Origin: Raillietiella orientalis | Lineage: Eukaryota | Assembly: GCA_036172245.1 (NCBI GenBank) | Contig: JAYWIR010000058.1 | Coordinates: 558,001-622,000, forward strand | Direction: 5' to 3' | Length of the DNA stretch: 64,000 nucleotides | In this document: positions 62,700 through 64,000 of the stretch, one piece after another | How positions within the stretch are numbered: position 1 is the stretch's first letter | How the letters are laid out: each line of letters begins with the position of its first letter | The notes under the pieces: generated by a model | Database searches by the model: none | The model's input: only the letters and a program-made list of their open reading frames with translations | What the model was told of the DNA's origin: nothing | Made by a program: the position numbers and the translations under genes

Positions 62700-64000
62700 T
62701 CAGCAGTCCTCTGGAGGATTTTGACCACGGCAGCGATGCATGATGATGCTCAAGCAGAGCGGATTAGTCAATGGGGATGACCATCTCAAGATTCCAGCTT
62801 TCCTATTCTCAGGGATGTTCATTTTCCAAGCCAGCACAAGTCTCTCTCTCCGGACCGGACCATCACTGAGGCGGGGCCTTTTTTGCCCTCCCTCGTCCGT
62901 CAGCCAAAGTTGAGGAAGAGACAGGGTGTGCCCACTGAGACTCTGTGAACTTGGCGACGGGCGTGTGGACCCACGAAGCCTCCGCTCGCCGTCTAGACGG
63001 ACTCTCTGCTCCTCTGCTTTTCCGCGTGTCGACCTGAGAAAAGTAAACAGGAGACAGGAGAACCGTTTCCCGTGAATTCCTTTCTCGGCGTCGCTGGTCG
63101 AGTGACGGGACTCGCTGCAAGATCACCTTGGACTCCTGGCTCCTCTTGGTAGAGGCTCATCTTCGGATCTTGCAGATGCCAGTTGCGGCAGGAAAGGGCG
63201 GATCGCTCCTTCGTGAGAAGAAACAAAGAAGAAAAAACGGCGGCTGTCAACAACCCCACCCACCTGGCACCTCTATGAGCAACCCGGTGCAAAACATGTT
63301 TGCGTCTCCAGAGCTTTTCCTGGGAAACTGGAAAACAGATGGAAGGTGCGGACATAGAAACAGCGATGTCGTTTGGGAGAGAAGCAGAGAGAGTGGGAGG
63401 TGCATCTTTGCGAAGAGAGAGGAGACATCCCTCGTGTGAAGTCCATGAGCGGCGTCCACTCTCAAGGCCGGAGAGGACCGGAGTGCAGCCAACATCTTCA
63501 GGAGGTGCCTCACGAGCTGCTTTTCCCTCTCTCTCTCTCTCTCTTTCTCTCCCTCCTTCAGCTGCGATTTTCCCAGAGGAGCTAGACCACCGACCACTTC
63601 TGCATCAGCGCTTGCGGCAGATTCCCGGGTTGCCGTCGAGCGGACTACCCGAATGGCCATCTCATCCCTACCCTTCCTCTGTTCCTTCTCCGCCCTTCGA
63701 CTGAGGAGTTCACGCAAGTGAATTCGGGCACCATTTCCAGCTTTCCTGGCTCTTGGGATGAGCAGAGTAGAGGCTTCAGCGCCGACGAGCTGCTTCCGGG
63801 ATCCTCCCGGAAACAAAGAATAAGACGGAGGCGGGGAAAAAGATATTCGAGATGTCCTTCGAAGAAGGCATCCCTAGACGAGTGGGATGCCCCCCCCTCT
63901 CGGAGCTCTCTCGGAGCTCTCCCGGCAGTATGCTCCTCCAGCGACCCTTCCCTCCCATCCTTCACTCTCTTTGGAGAACTGAGGCGGACGATCCCGGACC
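62700..64000 (-). mobile_element. Decayed LINE APE and linker region, running off the right edge
   Basis: 'RDAFFEGHLEYL...LIL' resembles the APE R..FF..L segment. Same GA/CT-rich composition as neighbouring remnants. Confidence 0.3.
63527..63544. repeat. (CT)9 microsatellite
   Basis: Read directly from the sequence. Confidence 0.85.

Noticed and set aside
18600..64000. Uni-strand piRNA cluster
   Set aside because: TE fragments occur on both strands with no evident bias. A dual-strand cluster cannot be judged without small-RNA data.
1..64000. CRISPR arrays, rRNA, bacterial operons or defence systems
   Set aside because: No regularly spaced repeats or rRNA signatures. The genes are intron-containing eukaryotic genes.

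Overview
Eukaryotic (metazoan, arthropod-like) genomic window, not prokaryotic. An AT-rich gene island at about 5.3-16 kb carries four co-oriented minus-strand genes: ARMC8 (11 exons), ARMC7 (3 coding exons), an intronless HTD2-like MaoC dehydratase and STK11/LKB1 (6 exons, C-terminal CaaX CKPS). Many introns are very short (37-55 nt). The rest (1-4.4 kb and 16.5-64 kb) is mostly heavily decayed non-LTR retrotransposons (L1/Tx1-like and RTE-like), recognised only from residual endonuclease, RT and zinc-knuckle motifs, plus one hAT/Charlie-like MITE. Most ORF-track ORFs there are spurious. The best candidate for an undescribed system is an apparent ARMC7-HTD2(-STK11) single transcription unit. 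HTD2 starts 20 nt after the ARMC7 stop, and continuous CpG depletion runs from ARMC7 exon 2 into STK11 exon 1 with no promoter-like gap. This echoes the vertebrate RPP14/HTD2 bicistron with a different partner. Second is an in-place RT inversion bounded by an inverted duplication. All exon boundaries and counts were read by eye, and TE boundaries are approximate.
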